DNA from: Escherichia coli
Lineage (GTDB): Bacteria > Pseudomonadota > Gammaproteobacteria > Enterobacterales > Enterobacteriaceae
Direction: 5' to 3' (one strand)
Assembly: GCF_002854065.1 (NCBI RefSeq)
Contig: NZ_CP024147.1
Length of the DNA stretch: 64,000 nucleotides
This document shows positions 1 to 10,271 of the stretch, piece by piece. Below the pieces are notes generated by a model. The model had not been told where the DNA came from and searched no databases. It saw nothing but the letters and a program-made list of their open reading frames with translations. How positions within the stretch are numbered: position 1 is the first letter of the stretch; the number at the start of each line of letters is the position of its first letter. The translations under genes and the position numbers were made by a program.

Positions 1-520
1 GGTTCGAGTTCTGCTGTGATAACGGAGAGAGACTGCGTGTCACGTTCGCGCTGGACTGCTGTGATCGTGAGGCACTGCACTGGGCGGTCACTACCGGCGG
101 CTTCAACAGTGAAACAGTACAGGACGTCATGCTGGGAGCGGTGGAACGCCGCTTCGGCAACGATCTTCCGTCGTCTCCAGTGGAGTGGCTGACGGATAAT
201 GGTTCATGCTACCGGGCTAATGAAACACGCCAGTTCGCCCGGATGTTGGGACTTGAACCGAAGAACACGGCGGTGCGGAGTCCGGAGAGTAACGGAATAG
301 CAGAGAGCTTCGTGAAAACGATAAAGCGTGACTACATCAGTATCATGCCCAAACCAGACGGGTTAACGGCAGCAAAGAACCTTGCAGAGGCGTTCGAGCA
401 TTATAACGAATGGCATCCGCATAGTGCGCTGGGTTATCGCTCGCCACGGGAATATCTGCGGCAGCGGGCTTGTAATGGGTTAAGTGATAACAGATGTCTG
501 GAAATATAGGGGCAAATCCA
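1..520 (+). mobile_element. IS2 (IS3 family), right-hand portion cut by the window edge
   Basis: The transposase frame is open from the window edge. The sequence TGGAAATATAGGGGCAAATCCA ending at 520 is the IS2 right terminal repeat as I recall it. Confidence 0.9.
3..509 (+). CDS. insD: IS2 transposase OrfB (InsD), C-terminal part (partial)
   Basis: The translation [27 protein letters not shown]...WLTDNGSCY...[11 protein letters not shown]...[31 protein letters not shown] shows a DDE integrase core and is recognised as IS2 InsD. Confidence 0.9.
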
Positions 521-1063
521 TTGACCAAGTACTTTTGTTAAAGCGGTAACTCTGCCAAGCAATTCTGCCGACTGATTTTTTGCCTGCTGATAAAGGTCCA
601 TAAAACATATCTTCTTGGCTGGAAAACGTTCCATCAAAGATTGATATTCTTCTAGCTCGCCCAGAATCACAGCAAGTTTGGCTTCATGAATAACTTTTTC
701 TTTTTCTATATCGACCAAGAAACGATCAGCCCCCGGTGCCGACGGTTTCATTTTTTCGGGCATAGCGATAAGCCGCGAATTCTTTGGCAACGCTCTTGGT
801 ATGAAAATAGTTGAATGAAAACTTTCCGTTTTCTTATACACACTTCTGGACTTGCCACCACTACTCTCAATTTTATAGATGAAGCCCAGGGACTCTAACC
901 GAAGAAGTTGTCGGTGAATGAATTTTCTAGCCTCAGTAACTTCTGCGTAGTCATCTGTAATCTTCAGCAAAGCATCCCTGAGATGGATAGCGCAGAACTC
1001 ATTAAAACCCATCTCAATCAATAACTTATACATATATGGATGCAACTTTACTGCAGATTTCAT
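521..1063 (-). pseudogene. Hypothetical winged-helix-like protein with its 3' end replaced by the IS2 insertion
   Basis: ORF 434..1063 runs straight into the IS2 terminal repeat, so the last ~28 codons ([10 protein letters not shown]...) are IS2 sequence. The N-terminal segment RKFIHRQLLRLESLGFIYKIESSGGKSRSVYKKT looks like a wHTH wing. The gene is divergent from an XRE regulator. Confidence 0.55.
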
Positions 1064-1161
1064 TATAAAAAATCCAAAATAACAAACTTAGAATTGCTAA
1101 GTATACAGAAACCAACGAAACTTAGACAATCTCAGCACCCTAAGGCAATGATGATGAATAC

Positions 1162-1473
1162 GTGGCTCACCCAAACCCGATACCCGAGAGGCTCAAAGCG
1201 GCCAGAACAAAAGCTGGGATCACTCAGAAGGAATTGGGGATCCGAATTGGCATGGAACCCAGCTCGGCGAGTGGTCGTATGAACCATTATGAGAAAGGGA
1301 GACACACTCCTGACATTGATACCCTCAAGCGTATGGCTGATGAACTTGGGGTACCAATTAACTATTTCTTTTGCGAGAACGACATAACTGCAGAATTAGC
1401 ATGTCTGATAGCTAAAATGACTGAGCAGCAGCAGATTGAATTGATTGCTATGCTAAAGAAAAATCAATCTTAG
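1162..1473 (+). CDS. XRE (Cro/C1) family helix-turn-helix transcriptional regulator
   Basis: PERLKAARTKAGITQKELGIRIGMEPSSASGRMNHYEKGRHTPDIDTLKRMADELGVPINYFF is a canonical HTH_3 pattern. The protein is 103 aa. Confidence 0.8.
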   Translation: MAHPNPIPERLKAARTKAGITQKELGIRIGMEPSSASGRMNHYEKGRHTPDIDTLKRMADELGVPINYFFCENDITAELACLIAKMTEQQQIELIAMLKKNQS

Positions 1474-1861
1474 ATTTTTCACAGAACTCATACCTGAATA
1501 ATATCAGGGTTTCTTAGATATCCTTGACCTGCGACGTATACGCCTCCTCGAAGGGTATCCGCAATTTCTTATCTCATGTATCAGCTACCACCCAAACCGA
1601 ATCTTCATCAGTTCCGGACGTCATGTAATAAACCATAATTCTGGAAATCAAGGAAGCAAATCTAATTGTGTAAATGACCCCGTTGTTTCAGTAATTGAGT
1701 AACATGCCATAAACGGGATTAATAAAGACTTCATTTTAATTTCAACGCCCTTATCAGCCTGAAGTAAAATATGACTTGCAGATCACGTGAATACCTAAGC
1801 TGGAAGAGTATCTTTTACTATTGCAGTCCAACGTGAGAAAACAACAAGTCAACAAGGATTC

Positions 1862-4474
1862 ATGATGCTCAGTAGCGAGTTTTTGCGCTTTTTTCAAACC
1901 TTAAACACAACAGAAGTCCCCAGTAATGTCAGGAAAATAGCGAATCTTGTGTGGGATAACCTAGATGATATAACCCCATTGGGCACTTCGCAGGGTCAGC
2001 GAGTCAGGCGCATTGTCTCTCTGGCACAGTCTGCATGGGATGCCCTCAGTACAGAAGTACAGCCACTACCAGAGCAGACCGCTGAACGCGTCTCCACGTT
2101 TAGTCGGCTGAGAAAGATATCTGTTGGACCATTTAGAGGGTTTGCAAAGCAAGAAGAATTTGATCTGGATTCACGTCTAGTGCTGATTTACGGCCCCAAT
2201 GGTACTGGGAAGTCAAGTTTCTGCGAAGCGCTTGAATATACATTACTGGGCAATGTGGCTGAGGCCGAAAGCAAGCGTTTCCGGAATCAAAACGACTATT
2301 TTAAAAATGCACATGTCAATCGGTTTTCTGTTCCAGAGATAATTGGTGTCGGAGATCATGGGCAGGATGTGTCGATTGAGAATAACGAAGCACAGTATCG
2401 CTTTTGCTTTGTTGAAAAAAATCGTATCGACAACTTTTCAAGAATCGCGGCTCTGGTCCCAACAAGGCAGACTGAACTTATCTCAACACTATTCGGGCTA
2501 GATAGTTTTAATGATTTTGTGCGAAATTTTACATCAGATATTGATGCCAGATACATCGATCTAACAGGCGTAAAAGCAGGTCAGTTGGCAGAAAAGCGCA
2601 AGTCTCTTCTGGCTGCACAGCAGCAATTGGCGACAGGTCAGGCTGCCCTGGAAGGGTTGGCATCAGAGGAACAGACACTGGCTTCTGTTTATCGTGAAGG
2701 CCTGTCTTACCAGCAGATGCTAGCTGAGTTAAAAGGGGATGAACAAAATATCGGAACCATCCGACAGCTTGAAACAGAGTTACAAACGCCACTTCCGAAT
2801 CAGAGTAGCCTGACATCTGCTATTTTGAACGATATAAGTAGCGCTGTTGAAACGGCACTTATAGATCTGGAAAGCAAGCAGAAGCAACTGGCAGAGGCAA
2901 GTCAGCAGGTTTCATATAAAAATTTATTTGAAGCAGTTGTCCAGTTACAGGGTACCAGCCCGGAACAATGCCCTGCATGCCATACCCCTCTTCAGCAAAC
3001 CGCCAAAAACCCCTACAGCCATGCCTGTGATGAATTGCTAAAGCTTGAGTTTCTGTCGACATTACAGGGAGAAATAACTCAGCTGGAAAAATTAATTGGC
3101 CAGTTGATGTACAGTGTTTCACAAGTAATCGGCACATGCTGTCAGTTTTTGCCACATGACAATGCTCTTGAAGTATTCCGAAATGAAAATGGCATCACTT
3201 TATGGCGTAATCTGCGGCAGCAAACAGGAGATGGCATAACTCCCTGGGCTCAGCTTGAAAAACAGGTGTGGCATCTGGAGGGAGAAGATAAAAAAATAGA
3301 GGAAGCAACTAAATTGCGAGAATCCCGTCAGCGGGATCTTGCGAGAATGCGTGAATCTGATCGCCAGATAACGATTTTGCAGACAAGAAGAGATACGATA
3401 GAAAAAACCATCTCTGCGGCTCAGTTGTTGATTGGCAACTTTGATACTGAAAACAGGCAGCTAATTGAAGAAGTTGCTCACGAAGAAGACATTGTAAGGA
3501 AAAACAAAGCAATTTCAGAAGCGTATTCCCGGTTCGTTTTACAGCTGAACGCCTATAAAGAGGGATTACCTCAGAGACTTGTAGCGAATCTTGGGGATCA
3601 CATTGTCACTCTCTACAACGCATTTAACCGTAATGACCCCCCGGGAGAAAAGCTAGCAGGTATCAAACTACCTCTGCTGCAGAATCAGCGACTGGAAGTA
3701 GCGTTTCAGAATAATCCAACGCAACTATTCGATGCCCTGCATGTACTTAGTGAGGGGCATGTACGCTGTATAGGGCTGGCTATTTTGTTGGCAAAAAACA
3801 TTAATGAACAGTGTCCACTTTTGATATTTGATGACCCGGTCAATGCTATTGATGACGATCACAGAGAATCGATTCGGAGAACGTTGTTTGAAGATGCTTT
3901 CTTTGCTGAAAAACAAATCATTCTGGCCTGCCATGGAGAGGAATTCTTCAAAGACATCCAGAATTTATTGCCAGCGCCGGTTGCCGCACAGTCCAAGACT
4001 TTCAGCTTCTTACCGCGTCTTGACGAATTGCATATCCGCGTAGATTTTAACTGCGCTCCCAGGAACTATATTATTTCTGCACGAGGGCATTATGAGCGTA
4101 ATGAGATTCGGGAGGCGCTTGCAAAATGCAGACAGTCACTTGAATCGTTGATGAAGGGGAGAGTCTGGCGATATGTAAATAAATATGGTGATGGTAATCT
4201 TAGTCTCAAGCTAAGGTCAGCAACGGCACCTATTGAGTTACGTAACTTGTCGGATCAATTGAAGAAACAGATCAATAAAGCTGAGTTCCGTGACCAAAAT
4301 AAAAACGCCGTATTCACACCAATTGATGTGTTAACTGGGCTAAGTGGAGAATCACGAGAATGGCGCTATCTAAATAAAGGTACGCATGAGGAAGACGGCA
4401 GGGCTGAGTTTGATCGAGCAACAGTAGAAACCATGATTTCTGCCCTTGAGGCGCTCGATCAGGCTGTGAGTTAA
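1862..4474 (+). CDS. Rad50/SbcC-type ABC ATPase with a long coiled-coil insert, a CxxC hook and a C-terminal RloC/PrrC-like domain (candidate anticodon nuclease / abortive-infection protein)
   Basis: ATPase motifs: Walker A G111PNGTGKSS, signature-like L629SEGH, Walker B LLIFDD658, D-loop AIDDDH and H-loop ILACHG. About 510 heptad-rich residues lie between them, with C370PAC373 at the midpoint. The C-terminal ~170 aa carry KYGDGN and LNKGTHEED. Confidence 0.7.
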   Translation: MMLSSEFLRFFQTLNTTEVPSNVRKIANLVWDNLDDITPLGTSQGQRVRRIVSLAQSAWDALSTEVQPLPEQTAERVSTFSRLRKISVGPFRGFAKQEEFDLDSRLVLIYGPNGTGKSSFCEALEYTLLGNVAEAESKRFRNQNDYFKNAHVNRFSVPEIIGVGDHGQDVSIENNEAQYRFCFVEKNRIDNFSRIAALVPTRQTELISTLFGLDSFNDFVRNFTSDIDARYIDLTGVKAGQLAEKRKSLLAAQQQLATGQAALEGLASEEQTLASVYREGLSYQQMLAELKGDEQNIGTIRQLETELQTPLPNQSSLTSAILNDISSAVETALIDLESKQKQLAEASQQVSYKNLFEAVVQLQGTSPEQCPACHTPLQQTAKNPYSHACDELLKLEFLSTLQGEITQLEKLIGQLMYSVSQVIGTCCQFLPHDNALEVFRNENGITLWRNLRQQTGDGITPWAQLEKQVWHLEGEDKKIEEATKLRESRQRDLARMRESDRQITILQTRRDTIEKTISAAQLLIGNFDTENRQLIEEVAHEEDIVRKNKAISEAYSRFVLQLNAYKEGLPQRLVANLGDHIVTLYNAFNRNDPPGEKLAGIKLPLLQNQRLEVAFQNNPTQLFDALHVLSEGHVRCIGLAILLAKNINEQCPLLIFDDPVNAIDDDHRESIRRTLFEDAFFAEKQIILACHGEEFFKDIQNLLPAPVAAQSKTFSFLPRLDELHIRVDFNCAPRNYIISARGHYERNEIREALAKCRQSLESLMKGRVWRYVNKYGDGNLSLKLRSATAPIELRNLSDQLKKQINKAEFRDQNKNAVFTPIDVLTGLSGESREWRYLNKGTHEEDGRAEFDRATVETMISALEALDQAVS

Positions 4475-4607
4475 TATATGTAAAGTGGTCTATAAAATTG
4501 GCCACAACATGAGAATTACTGTTCGTTGGTTCCTGGCACAGAGCGTCTGTCAGATTTAGTTTAGCTCTGTGTCATACCAGTGGTAGCTCAAGTCGCGGCT
4601 AATGCAA

Positions 4608-5336
4608 TTAATCACTGAATACCAACGAATCTAATACACCTTGTCCACTATGAACTCCTCCTTCAACTGACTCTGCTGATTTGCTACGGATCAAATACCC
4701 AGCAAAACTGTGATCAGCGCTAGATGCATTGTTACCTATCTGGACGGAGAACATTCCTAGTTCGCTGACCAGATCAGTAACCTGATATAACTCCCCTTTA
4801 CGGACAACCAGAGAAGGTGTAGCTCGCGGGACAGGATGTATCCGACGCATGAACGACCAGGATTGATATTGCAGCGGGTCAAGTCTTGCCAGTTTTAACT
4901 GGATATCAGAGCCAAACAGACAATGCCCACCCCCTTCGCCCTGGTTTTTGAGAACCCATGAATCAGAAGGAGACTCTTTTACAATGCTGATTGTATCAGG
5001 GCTAACAGGAAGCATTTCGCCCAACACCATTTTTATGATATCAACCTCTTCCGGCTTCAGTCCAAAAGCAATCAGTTCATCGCACCCCAAATGAGAGAGC
5101 AACATTTGTACTCGCTTACTTGTCGCAAGTTGCTGAGCGACTGTTGCATTCACCGCAACTCGGTGCTGCTCAATCAATACTCGCGTGGCCATTAGCGTCT
5201 GGCAACACTCCTTCTCATTGAGACTGGCGGCTTCATAATCTGAGTATTGATATCCGGCACGTAAGTAAACAGAAGTAGTATGGGTGTATGAACTTGTCAT
5301 TGTTTTGACATTTATCAAATATATTCGATTATGCAT
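4608..5336 (-). CDS. Hypothetical protein (242 aa; the start may be Met12 at 5303)
   Basis: This is a long ORF convergent with the ATPase gene and divergent from arsR. I recognise no motif and see no TM segments. Confidence 0.45.
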   Translation of the reverse strand: MHNRIYLINVKTMTSSYTHTTSVYLRAGYQYSDYEAASLNEKECCQTLMATRVLIEQHRVAVNATVAQQLATSKRVQMLLSHLGCDELIAFGLKPEEVDIIKMVLGEMLPVSPDTISIVKESPSDSWVLKNQGEGGGHCLFGSDIQLKLARLDPLQYQSWSFMRRIHPVPRATPSLVVRKGELYQVTDLVSELGMFSVQIGNNASSADHSFAGYLIRSKSAESVEGGVHSGQGVLDSLVFSD

Positions 5337-5393
5337 ATGTGTTGTTGATTTTCATCTCCGCAGGAGATATCGTTACCTAAACGAACAGGAGGA

Positions 5394-5747
5394 ATGATGT
5401 CGCTTACTTCCCTACAACTCTTTAAGAATCTGTCTGATGAAACACGTCTGGGTATTGTTCTCATACTCAGAACTATGGGGGAGTTGTGCGTATGTGATCT
5501 TTGCACTGCACTTGATCAATCACAGCCTAAGATCTCCCGGCATCTGGCTATGTTGCGAGAAAGTGGGATTTTGCTTGATAGTAAACACGGTAAATGGGTT
5601 CATTACCGGTTATCCCCACACATTCCTTCATGGGCTGCACAGATTATTGAGCAGGCCTGGTTAAGCCAACAGGACGATCTTCAGGCCATCGCCCGTAAAC
5701 TGGCTTCAGTCAACTGCACTAACAGCAGTAAGGCTATTTGTATTTAA
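5394..5747 (+). CDS. arsR: ArsR arsenite-responsive repressor (R773 type)
   Basis: The 117-aa protein has the ELCVCDLC As(III) site and the LDQSQPKISRHLAMLRESGIL HTH. It is the first gene of arsRDABC. Confidence 0.95.
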   Translation: MMSLTSLQLFKNLSDETRLGIVLILRTMGELCVCDLCTALDQSQPKISRHLAMLRESGILLDSKHGKWVHYRLSPHIPSWAAQIIEQAWLSQQDDLQAIARKLASVNCTNSSKAICI

Positions 5748-5793
5748 AAATTTGCCTGAATATATATGATTTCCCACATATGAGGTATTGAGA

Positions 5794-6156
5794 ATGAAAA
5801 CGCTAGCGGTATTCGACCCGGCAATGTGTTGTAGCACCGGTGTCTGCGGTACTGATGTCGATCAGGCTCTGGTTGATTTTTCCGCGGATGTGCAATGGCT
5901 GAAACAACGAGGTGTTCAGGTAGATCGTTTCAATCTGGCACAGCAACCGATGAGCTTTGTCCAGAACGAGAAAGTTAAAGCATTTATTGAGGCTTCTGGT
6001 GCGGAAGGGCTGCCATTACTGTTACTGGATGGCGAAACAGTGATGGCCGGGCGTTATCCGAAACGGGCTGAACTTGCACGGTGGTTTGGAATTCCGCTGG
6101 AGAAAGTAGGATTAGCGCCTTCAGGCTGCTGCGGTGGTAATACTTCTTGTTGTTAA
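5794..6156 (+). CDS. arsD: ArsD arsenic metallochaperone
   Basis: MKTLAVFDPAMCCSTGVCG carries Cys12/13/18, and the C-terminal tail is GCCGGNTSCC. The protein is 120 aa. GAGG lies 8 nt before the ATG at 5794; the track start at 5788 is a TTG. Confidence 0.93.
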   Translation: MKTLAVFDPAMCCSTGVCGTDVDQALVDFSADVQWLKQRGVQVDRFNLAQQPMSFVQNEKVKAFIEASGAEGLPLLLLDGETVMAGRYPKRAELARWFGIPLEKVGLAPSGCCGGNTSCC

Positions 6157-6173
6157 GTATGTCAGGAGGACAT

Positions 6174-7925
6174 ATGAAATTCTTACAGAACATCCCCCCT
6201 TATCTGTTTTTTACTGGTAAAGGAGGCGTTGGTAAAACCTCTATTTCCTGCGCCACGGCGATCCGTCTGGCAGAACAGGGTAAACGAGTGCTGCTGGTCA
6301 GTACCGATCCGGCCTCAAACGTAGGCCAGGTCTTTGGCCAGGTTATTGGCAATACTATTCAGCCAATAGCCACTGTTCCTGGATTGTCGGCACTTGAGAT
6401 TGATCCTCAGGCCGCTGCGCAACAGTACCGGGCCAGAATCGTTGACCCTATTAAAGGTGTCCTGCCTGATGACGTCGTTAGCAGCATCAACGAACAACTG
6501 TCTGGTGCATGCACAACAGAGATTGCGGCTTTTGATGAGTTTACCGGATTACTGACAGACGCCTCTTTGCTGACCCAGTTTGACCATATCATCTTTGATA
6601 CCGCGCCAACCGGCCATACTATTCGCCTTCTCCAGTTGCCAGGCGCCTGGAGCAGCTTTATTGACAGCAATCCCGAGGGCGCATCCTGCCTCGGCCCGAT
6701 GGCGGGGCTGGAAAAACAGCGTGAACAGTATGCCCATGCCGTTGAAGCACTGTCCGACCCAGCGCGTACCCGCCTGGTTTTAGTTGCCAGACTGCAAAAA
6801 TCCACCCTGCAAGAAGTCGCCCGAACTCATTTAGAACTCGCCGCAATTGGCCTTAAAAATCAGTACTTGGTCATTAATGGCGTTCTGCCCAAAACTGAAG
6901 CGGCAAACGATACACTGGCTGCGGCTATATGGGACCGTGAACAGGAGGCGCTGGCCAATCTTCCTTCTGACCTTTCCGGTCTGCCAACTGACACGTTATT
7001 CCTCCAACCACTCAATATGGTCGGCGTGGCTGCATTAAGTGGGCTTCTCTCCTCTCAGCCTGAGGCAGCATCATCTTCTGAAGAATACATTCAGCAACGA
7101 CCTGAAATTCCGTCGCTCTCAGCGTTAGTCGATGATATTGCCCGTAACGAACATGGTCTGATAATGCTAATGGGCAAAGGCGGTGTGGGGAAAACCACGA
7201 TGGCGGCAGCCATTGCCGTCAGACTGGCCGAAATGGGATTTGATGTCCATCTGACCACCTCAGATCCAGCAGCACACCTCAGCACAACCCTGAACGGTAG
7301 CCTTAACAATCTGCAGGTCAGTAGAATCGATCCTCACGAGGAAACAGAACGCTATCGTCAGCATGTTCTTGATACCAAGGGTGGAGAACTGGATGAAGCG
7401 GGTAAACGCCTGCTGGAAGAAGATTTACGCTCTCCTTGTACCGAAGAGATTGCGGTCTTCCAGGCCTTTTCACGGGTGATTCGTGAAGCGGGTAAGCGCT
7501 TCGTGGTCATGGATACGGCACCCACCGGGCATACCCTACTGCTGCTGGATGCCACCGGGGCGTATCACCGCGAAATTGCTAAGAAAATGGGCGATAAAGG
7601 CCATTTCACCACGCCAATGATGCAGCTTCAGGACCCGGAGCGAACCAAAGTGTTACTGGTCACGCTGCCGGAAACCACGCCCGTGCTTGAGGCGGCAAAT
7701 TTGCAGGCCGACCTTGAACGCGCAGGGATTCATCCCTGGGGCTGGATTATCAATAACAGCCTTTCCATTGCGGATACCCGTTCGCCGCTGCTTCGTCTGC
7801 GGGCGCAACAGGAACTTCCGCAGATCGAGAGTGTTAAACTCCAGCATGCCAGTCGCGTAGCTCTTGTTCCTGTACTGGCGTCAGAACCGACCGGCATCGA
7901 CAAACTCAAACAACTCGCTGGTTAA
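6174..7925 (+). CDS. arsA: ArsA arsenite-stimulated pump ATPase
   Basis: The 583-aa protein has two halves, each with GKGGVGKT and DTAPTGHT. The metalloid-site cysteines are in [14 protein letters not shown] and RSPCTEE. AGGAGG precedes the ATG at 6174. Confidence 0.95.
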   Translation: MKFLQNIPPYLFFTGKGGVGKTSISCATAIRLAEQGKRVLLVSTDPASNVGQVFGQVIGNTIQPIATVPGLSALEIDPQAAAQQYRARIVDPIKGVLPDDVVSSINEQLSGACTTEIAAFDEFTGLLTDASLLTQFDHIIFDTAPTGHTIRLLQLPGAWSSFIDSNPEGASCLGPMAGLEKQREQYAHAVEALSDPARTRLVLVARLQKSTLQEVARTHLELAAIGLKNQYLVINGVLPKTEAANDTLAAAIWDREQEALANLPSDLSGLPTDTLFLQPLNMVGVAALSGLLSSQPEAASSSEEYIQQRPEIPSLSALVDDIARNEHGLIMLMGKGGVGKTTMAAAIAVRLAEMGFDVHLTTSDPAAHLSTTLNGSLNNLQVSRIDPHEETERYRQHVLDTKGGELDEAGKRLLEEDLRSPCTEEIAVFQAFSRVIREAGKRFVVMDTAPTGHTLLLLDATGAYHREIAKKMGDKGHFTTPMMQLQDPERTKVLLVTLPETTPVLEAANLQADLERAGIHPWGWIINNSLSIADTRSPLLRLRAQQELPQIESVKLQHASRVALVPVLASEPTGIDKLKQLAG

Positions 7926-7972
7926 TTATTGTCATTACTCGGGGCAGCTTTGCTGCCCTTTCGGGAGGTTAT

Positions 7973-9262
7973 ATGTTACTGGCAGGAGCCATTTTTATCC
8001 TGACCATCGTGTTGGTTATCTGGCAGCCAAAGGGATTAGGCATTGGCTGGAGCGCCACGCTGGGTGCCGTACTGGCTCTGGCATCGGGTGTGATTCATAT
8101 CGCCGATATTCCGGTGGTGTGGAATATCGTCTGGAACGCCACGGCCACCTTTATTGCCGTCATTATCATCAGTCTGTTGCTGGATGAGTCCGGCTTTTTT
8201 GAATGGGCTGCACTGCACGTTTCCCGCTGGGGCAATGGGCGTGGACGTCTGCTATTTACCTATATTGTTCTGCTCGGCGCGGCGGTGGCGGCATTGTTTG
8301 CCAACGATGGCGCGGCGTTAATTCTGACGCCGATCGTTATCGCCATGCTACTGGCGCTGGGATTCAGTAAAAGCACCACGCTGGCTTTCGTGATGGCCGC
8401 AGGGTTTATTGCCGATACCGCCAGCTTGCCACTTATCGTATCGAACCTGGTCAATATCGTTTCGGCTGATTTCTTCAAACTGGGATTCACGGAGTATGCG
8501 TCAGTTATGGTGCCGGTGGATATTGCCGCCATTGTCGCCACGCTGGTGATGCTGCATCTTTTTTTCCGCAAAGATATCCCGCCCACTTATGAGCTGGCGC
8601 GACTGAAAGAACCCGCAAAAGCCATCAAAGATCCTGCGACGTTCAGAACCGGCTGGGTTGTGCTCCTCCTTCTGCTGGTCGGTTTTTTTGTCCTTGAGCC
8701 GATGGGGATCCCTGTGAGTGCGATTGCGGCAGTGGGGGCGGCAATCCTGTTTGCGGTGGCCAAAAAAGGTCATGGTATTAACACCGGTAAAGTGCTGCGC
8801 GGCGCGCCCTGGCAGATCGTGATCTTCTCACTGGGGATGTATCTGGTGGTATACGGGTTGCGTAACGCCGGTCTGACGGATTATCTCTCTGACGTGCTGA
8901 ACGTACTGGCAGATAAAGGACTGTGGGCCGCGACGCTGGGGACAGGATTCCTGACTGCATTCCTCTCTTCTATCATGAACAATATGCCGACCGTACTGGT
9001 TGGCGCACTGTCGATTGATGGCAGCACCGCGACCGGCGTTATCAAAGAAGCGATGATTTATGCCAACGTCATTGGCTGCGATCTGGGGCCGAAAATCACC
9101 CCTATTGGTAGCCTGGCGACACTGCTCTGGCTGCACGTGCTTTCACAGAAGAATATGACAATCTCGTGGGGATACTACTTCCGCACCGGGATTATCATGA
9201 CCCTGCCTGTGCTGTTTGTAACGCTGGCTGCGCTGGCGCTACGTCTCTCTGTCACTTTGTAA
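7973..9262 (+). CDS. arsB: ArsB arsenite/antimonite efflux permease
   Basis: This is a 429-aa polytopic membrane protein sitting between arsA and arsC, and the sequence is recognised as ArsB. Confidence 0.95.
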   Translation: MLLAGAIFILTIVLVIWQPKGLGIGWSATLGAVLALASGVIHIADIPVVWNIVWNATATFIAVIIISLLLDESGFFEWAALHVSRWGNGRGRLLFTYIVLLGAAVAALFANDGAALILTPIVIAMLLALGFSKSTTLAFVMAAGFIADTASLPLIVSNLVNIVSADFFKLGFTEYASVMVPVDIAAIVATLVMLHLFFRKDIPPTYELARLKEPAKAIKDPATFRTGWVVLLLLLVGFFVLEPMGIPVSAIAAVGAAILFAVAKKGHGINTGKVLRGAPWQIVIFSLGMYLVVYGLRNAGLTDYLSDVLNVLADKGLWAATLGTGFLTAFLSSIMNNMPTVLVGALSIDGSTATGVIKEAMIYANVIGCDLGPKITPIGSLATLLWLHVLSQKNMTISWGYYFRTGIIMTLPVLFVTLAALALRLSVTL

Positions 9263-9274
9263 TGAGATTCTGAT

Positions 9275-9700
9275 ATGAGCAACATCACTATTTATCACAA
9301 CCCAGCCTGCGGCACCTCGCGTAATACGCTGGAGATGATCCGCAACAGCGGTACCGAGCCGACCATTATTCTTTACCTTGAGAACCCACCTTCGAGGGAT
9401 GAATTGGTCAAACTCATTGCCGATATGGGTATTTCAGTACGAGCGCTGCTGCGTAAAAACGTTGAGCCTTACGAGCAACTGGGTCTTGCAGAAGATAAAT
9501 TTACTGACGATCAGCTCATCGACTTTATGTTGCAACACCCAATTCTGATTAACCGTCCGATCGTGGTTACGCCGCTGGGAACCAGACTGTGCCGTCCTTC
9601 TGAAGTGGTTCTGGATATCCTGCAGGATGCGCAGAAAGGGGCTTTCGCTAAGGAAGACGGTGAAAAGGTCGTTGATGAAGCAGGAAAACGGCTGAAATAA
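9275..9700 (+). CDS. arsC: ArsC glutaredoxin-type arsenate reductase (full length, copy 1)
   Basis: MSNITIYHNPACGTSRNTLEMIRNSG... carries the catalytic Cys12. The protein is 141 aa. Confidence 0.95.
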   Translation: MSNITIYHNPACGTSRNTLEMIRNSGTEPTIILYLENPPSRDELVKLIADMGISVRALLRKNVEPYEQLGLAEDKFTDDQLIDFMLQHPILINRPIVVTPLGTRLCRPSEVVLDILQDAQKGAFAKEDGEKVVDEAGKRLK

Positions 9701-9703
9701 ATA

Positions 9704-9727
9704 ATAAGGGGGCGAATGCCCCCTTAT
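9704..9727. terminator. Bidirectional hairpin terminator between arsC and the convergent acetyltransferase gene
   Basis: ATAAGGGGGCGAATGCCCCCTTAT forms a GC-rich 8-10 bp stem flanked by A/T runs. Confidence 0.7.
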
Positions 9728-9734
9728 TCGTACC

Positions 9735-10271
9735 TCAGAGCATCATGCCTGAATCCGATGGTAACGTGCTGTTCCCTTCGCCCAGATTTCGTTGCAGCAA
9801 CACTGTGTCAAGCCAACGACCATGCTTGAAGCCAATATTTTTCAGCGTACCAATCTCAGTAAATCCAACCTGCTGATGGACTTTCAGCGAACCTTGATTA
9901 TTGCTATCGCCGACAATAGCAATCATCTGCCGATAGCCGTGAGTTTCTGCCCAGGCAATGACGTAGCGCAGCAACGCTTTTCCTGTCCCCTGACGCTGTG
10001 CGTCCGGGTGAATATAAATCGAATCTTCGAGAGTGTGGCGGTAGGCGTAGCGTTCACGGTAACGAGTGAGATAACAATACCCGATAACCTTTTCTTCCTC
10101 TAACGCGACAACCCACGGTAGCGCCTGATTGCGGATCTTTTTCAGGCGGGTAAGCATCTCGTGGGTATCCGGAGGTTCAGTTTCAAAGCTGGCGGTACCG
10201 TGAAGAACATGATGGGCGTAGATATCGCGTATAGCGGGGATGTGCTTTTCTTCTGCGTTAACGATTTTCAT
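9735..10271 (-). CDS. arsN: GNAT N-acetyltransferase of the phosphinothricin-acetyltransferase (PAT/MddA) family; ArsN1-like by context
   Basis: IRDIYAHHVLHGTASFETEPP... and QRQGTGKALL...GYRQMIAIVGDSNNQGSLKVHQQVGF resemble PAT/YncA. The gene is adjacent to ars genes. Confidence 0.65.
   Translation of the reverse strand: MKIVNAEEKHIPAIRDIYAHHVLHGTASFETEPPDTHEMLTRLKKIRNQALPWVVALEEEKVIGYCYLTRYRERYAYRHTLEDSIYIHPDAQRQGTGKALLRYVIAWAETHGYRQMIAIVGDSNNQGSLKVHQQVGFTEIGTLKNIGFKHGRWLDTVLLQRNLGEGNSTLPSDSGMML

Noticed and set aside
6315-7847. Many 60-130 aa ORFs on the minus strand and in alternative plus frames inside arsA (for example 6407..6805 and 7091..7309)
   Set aside because: They lie entirely within a well-supported ArsA reading frame, are typical GC-rich shadow ORFs, and have no RBS or recognisable motif.
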